Positions 62,411 through 64,000 of a DNA stretch of 64,000 nt are shown one piece after another. The DNA comes from Macrostomum hystrix (Eukaryota; Animalia; Platyhelminthes). The stretch covers positions 21,266,001 to 21,330,000 of the forward strand of contig CATNEN010000001.1 of NCBI GenBank assembly GCA_950097015.1. Direction: 5' to 3'. Below the pieces are notes generated by a model that worked only from the letters and a program-made list of their open reading frames with translations, did not search any database and had not been told where the DNA came from. The first letter of the stretch is position 1; each line of letters opens with the position of its first letter. The translations under genes were made by a program, and so were the position numbers.

Positions 62411-63830
62411 TCTATATATATAAAAGTGAAAACTCTGTCTGTCTGTCTGTCTGTGTGTGTGTGTGTGTGTGTGTGCAACCTTTTGTCTTTATAGACGCCG
62501 AAACCGCTCAACTAAATCGCACCAAACTTTGCACATACCTAAAACCACCTACGCTGAGTGCAATAGGCTACTCAAATTCCCGAAAAATCATTTCCTTCCT
62601 GCTCAAAAGTGCAAAAAACTGCTCAAAAATCGTCAAAAAATCACTCAATTCGACATATCGTCGCCCCACTTTGTCAGATTTTCTCCAAATTTGATCCACT
62701 TACACTTTACATGTTTTCCAATAATGCTGTCAATTTTGAACATCTCTACTCAATCCAGAGCAAAGCTGCATCATCTCAAAGTGAGTCACTTTTTGTTTTC
62801 CGAGGACAGCCACCCCAACTCCCCTCCGCCACTCTGCGGGCCAAATTTTATTACAGCCACCCCCTCCCTTCCCCGGGCGCCGAAGCCCCAGACTGTACAT
62901 TGTATTTCAAGCCGTGAATGTACACAGCCCAAACCCCTAGACTGTCTACTGGCCCCCAAGCAGCACTGAGACTGAGTGCGGTGAGTGCGGTGGCGTCCCA
63001 GTGCGCAGGGCTCTCCGGTCGATATTTCTCTCCAGCCAGCCTGGGATAGAAGAAAGAGAGAGGCTGGCGTTGACTGGCTGTCAGAGAGGGCAATTCTGTG
63101 TCCTAGAAATGATGCCGCCAACGAAACTAACTACCAACTGCTTCAGGAGTTGCCAGGTGCAGTTTTCACCTACAAGTCAATTGATACAACGTTGACTGAT
63201 GACACCGCTGTGGAGTATCCTGTTGAGTTTCTGAACTCTCTAGATCCTCCTGGAACTCCATCGCACAACTTGCAGCTGAAAGTTGGGGCACCAATTATGC
63301 TCCTCCGCAACCTGAATGCGCCAAGGCTGTGTAACGGCACCAGACTGATAGTCAGGCGGCTCTTCCCACACGTGATTGAGGCCACGATAATGACTGGATC
63401 TGGCAGAGGAGAGTCTGTGTTCGTTCCCCGGATTCCAATTATCCCCACGGACCTGCCATTTCAGTTCAAGCGACTGCAGTTCCCTGTGAGAGTGTGCTTT
63501 GCGATAACTATTAACAAGGCTCAGGGACAGTCGCTGAAGGTGGCTGGCATCAACCTGGAGACTCCTTGCTTCTCGCATGGGCAGCTTTATGTCGCCTGCT
63601 CCCGTGTTGGAACTCCAGCTGGCCTATTCATTTTCGCACCAAGGGGAAGAACGAAGAATGTGGTGTATCCCCAGGCCTTGAGGTGACTCGCAAGCAATTA
63701 ATAGAAAAGTAGTCACGAATTGACCTTGACCTGTCTAACTCTGAACTCTGAAACAGTTTAATTTTGTTTCTTTGATATTGTTATTGTTATGCCATGGCTA
63801 TTTTCCTTATGTATACGCGTGTACATGCAT
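62411..63830 (+). mobile_element. Internally deleted Helitron: 5' end joined to PIF1 helicase C-terminus
   Basis: A|TCTATATATATAAAA start, (CTGT)n(GT)n, AAACCGCTCAAC..CACCAAACTTTG. The 3' CTAG end was not found. Confidence 0.75.
63040..63686 (+). pseudogene. Helitron PIF1-family helicase C-terminal half
   Basis: RAILCPRN, YPVEFLNS, LKVGAPIMLLRNL, LCNGTRL, RLQFPV..FAITINKAQGQS and FSHGQLYVACSRV. Confidence 0.93.
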
Positions 63831-63838
63831 ACTGTATA

Positions 63839-64000
63839 CAGAGGCAGATTTAGGGGGGGGGCGGGGGGGCAGTCGCCCCCCTAAATTTTAATCATGGGAA
63901 TAAGATGCCCCCACCAGGGGCGCCAGTCGCAGCACTGGCGCCCCTTTTCGGCCGCTGGCGCACCTTTTTCAGCCGCTGGCTCCCGTTTTTCAGCCGCTGG
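63839..64000. mobile_element. Possible start of a hAT-like non-autonomous element
   Basis: CAGAGGCAGATTTAGGGGGGGG...CGCCCCCC end-type motif followed by short GCCGCTGG repeats. Confidence 0.35.

Overview
This is animal (invertebrate-type) genomic DNA: AT-rich intergenic sequence, GT-AG introns, Hes, ETS and LOTUS genes, and an R2/28S junction. Most of the window is mobile DNA. From left to right it holds: (1) the right ~6.2 kb of an apparently intact Polinton/Maverick (adintovirus-like) element with packaging ATPase, major and minor capsid genes and an ACTACT end; (2) an unclassified repeat with an inverted copy at 53-55 kb; (3) an intronless Hes-like gene with a perfect heat-shock element, and an ETS-domain gene sharing its upstream block; (4) a decayed EnSpm/CACTA-type transposase; (5) a decayed I/Ingi-group LINE with an AlkB domain and a C-clamp-like Cys motif inserted in its AP endonuclease; (6) an R2 copy outside rDNA followed by only 54 bp of its 28S target; (7) an intron-containing Helitron gene with an OTU domain, next to an RPA70-like pseudogene; (8) a DUF4806-like gene; (9) an endogenous virga/negev-like RNA virus fragment with helicase placed before methyltransferase; (10) a TDRD5/7-like LOTUS exon; (11) a Helitron PIF1 fragment. 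The strongest candidates for something new are the AlkB + C-clamp LINE and the rearranged RNA-virus fragment. All calls come from motifs recognised by eye; no searches were run.
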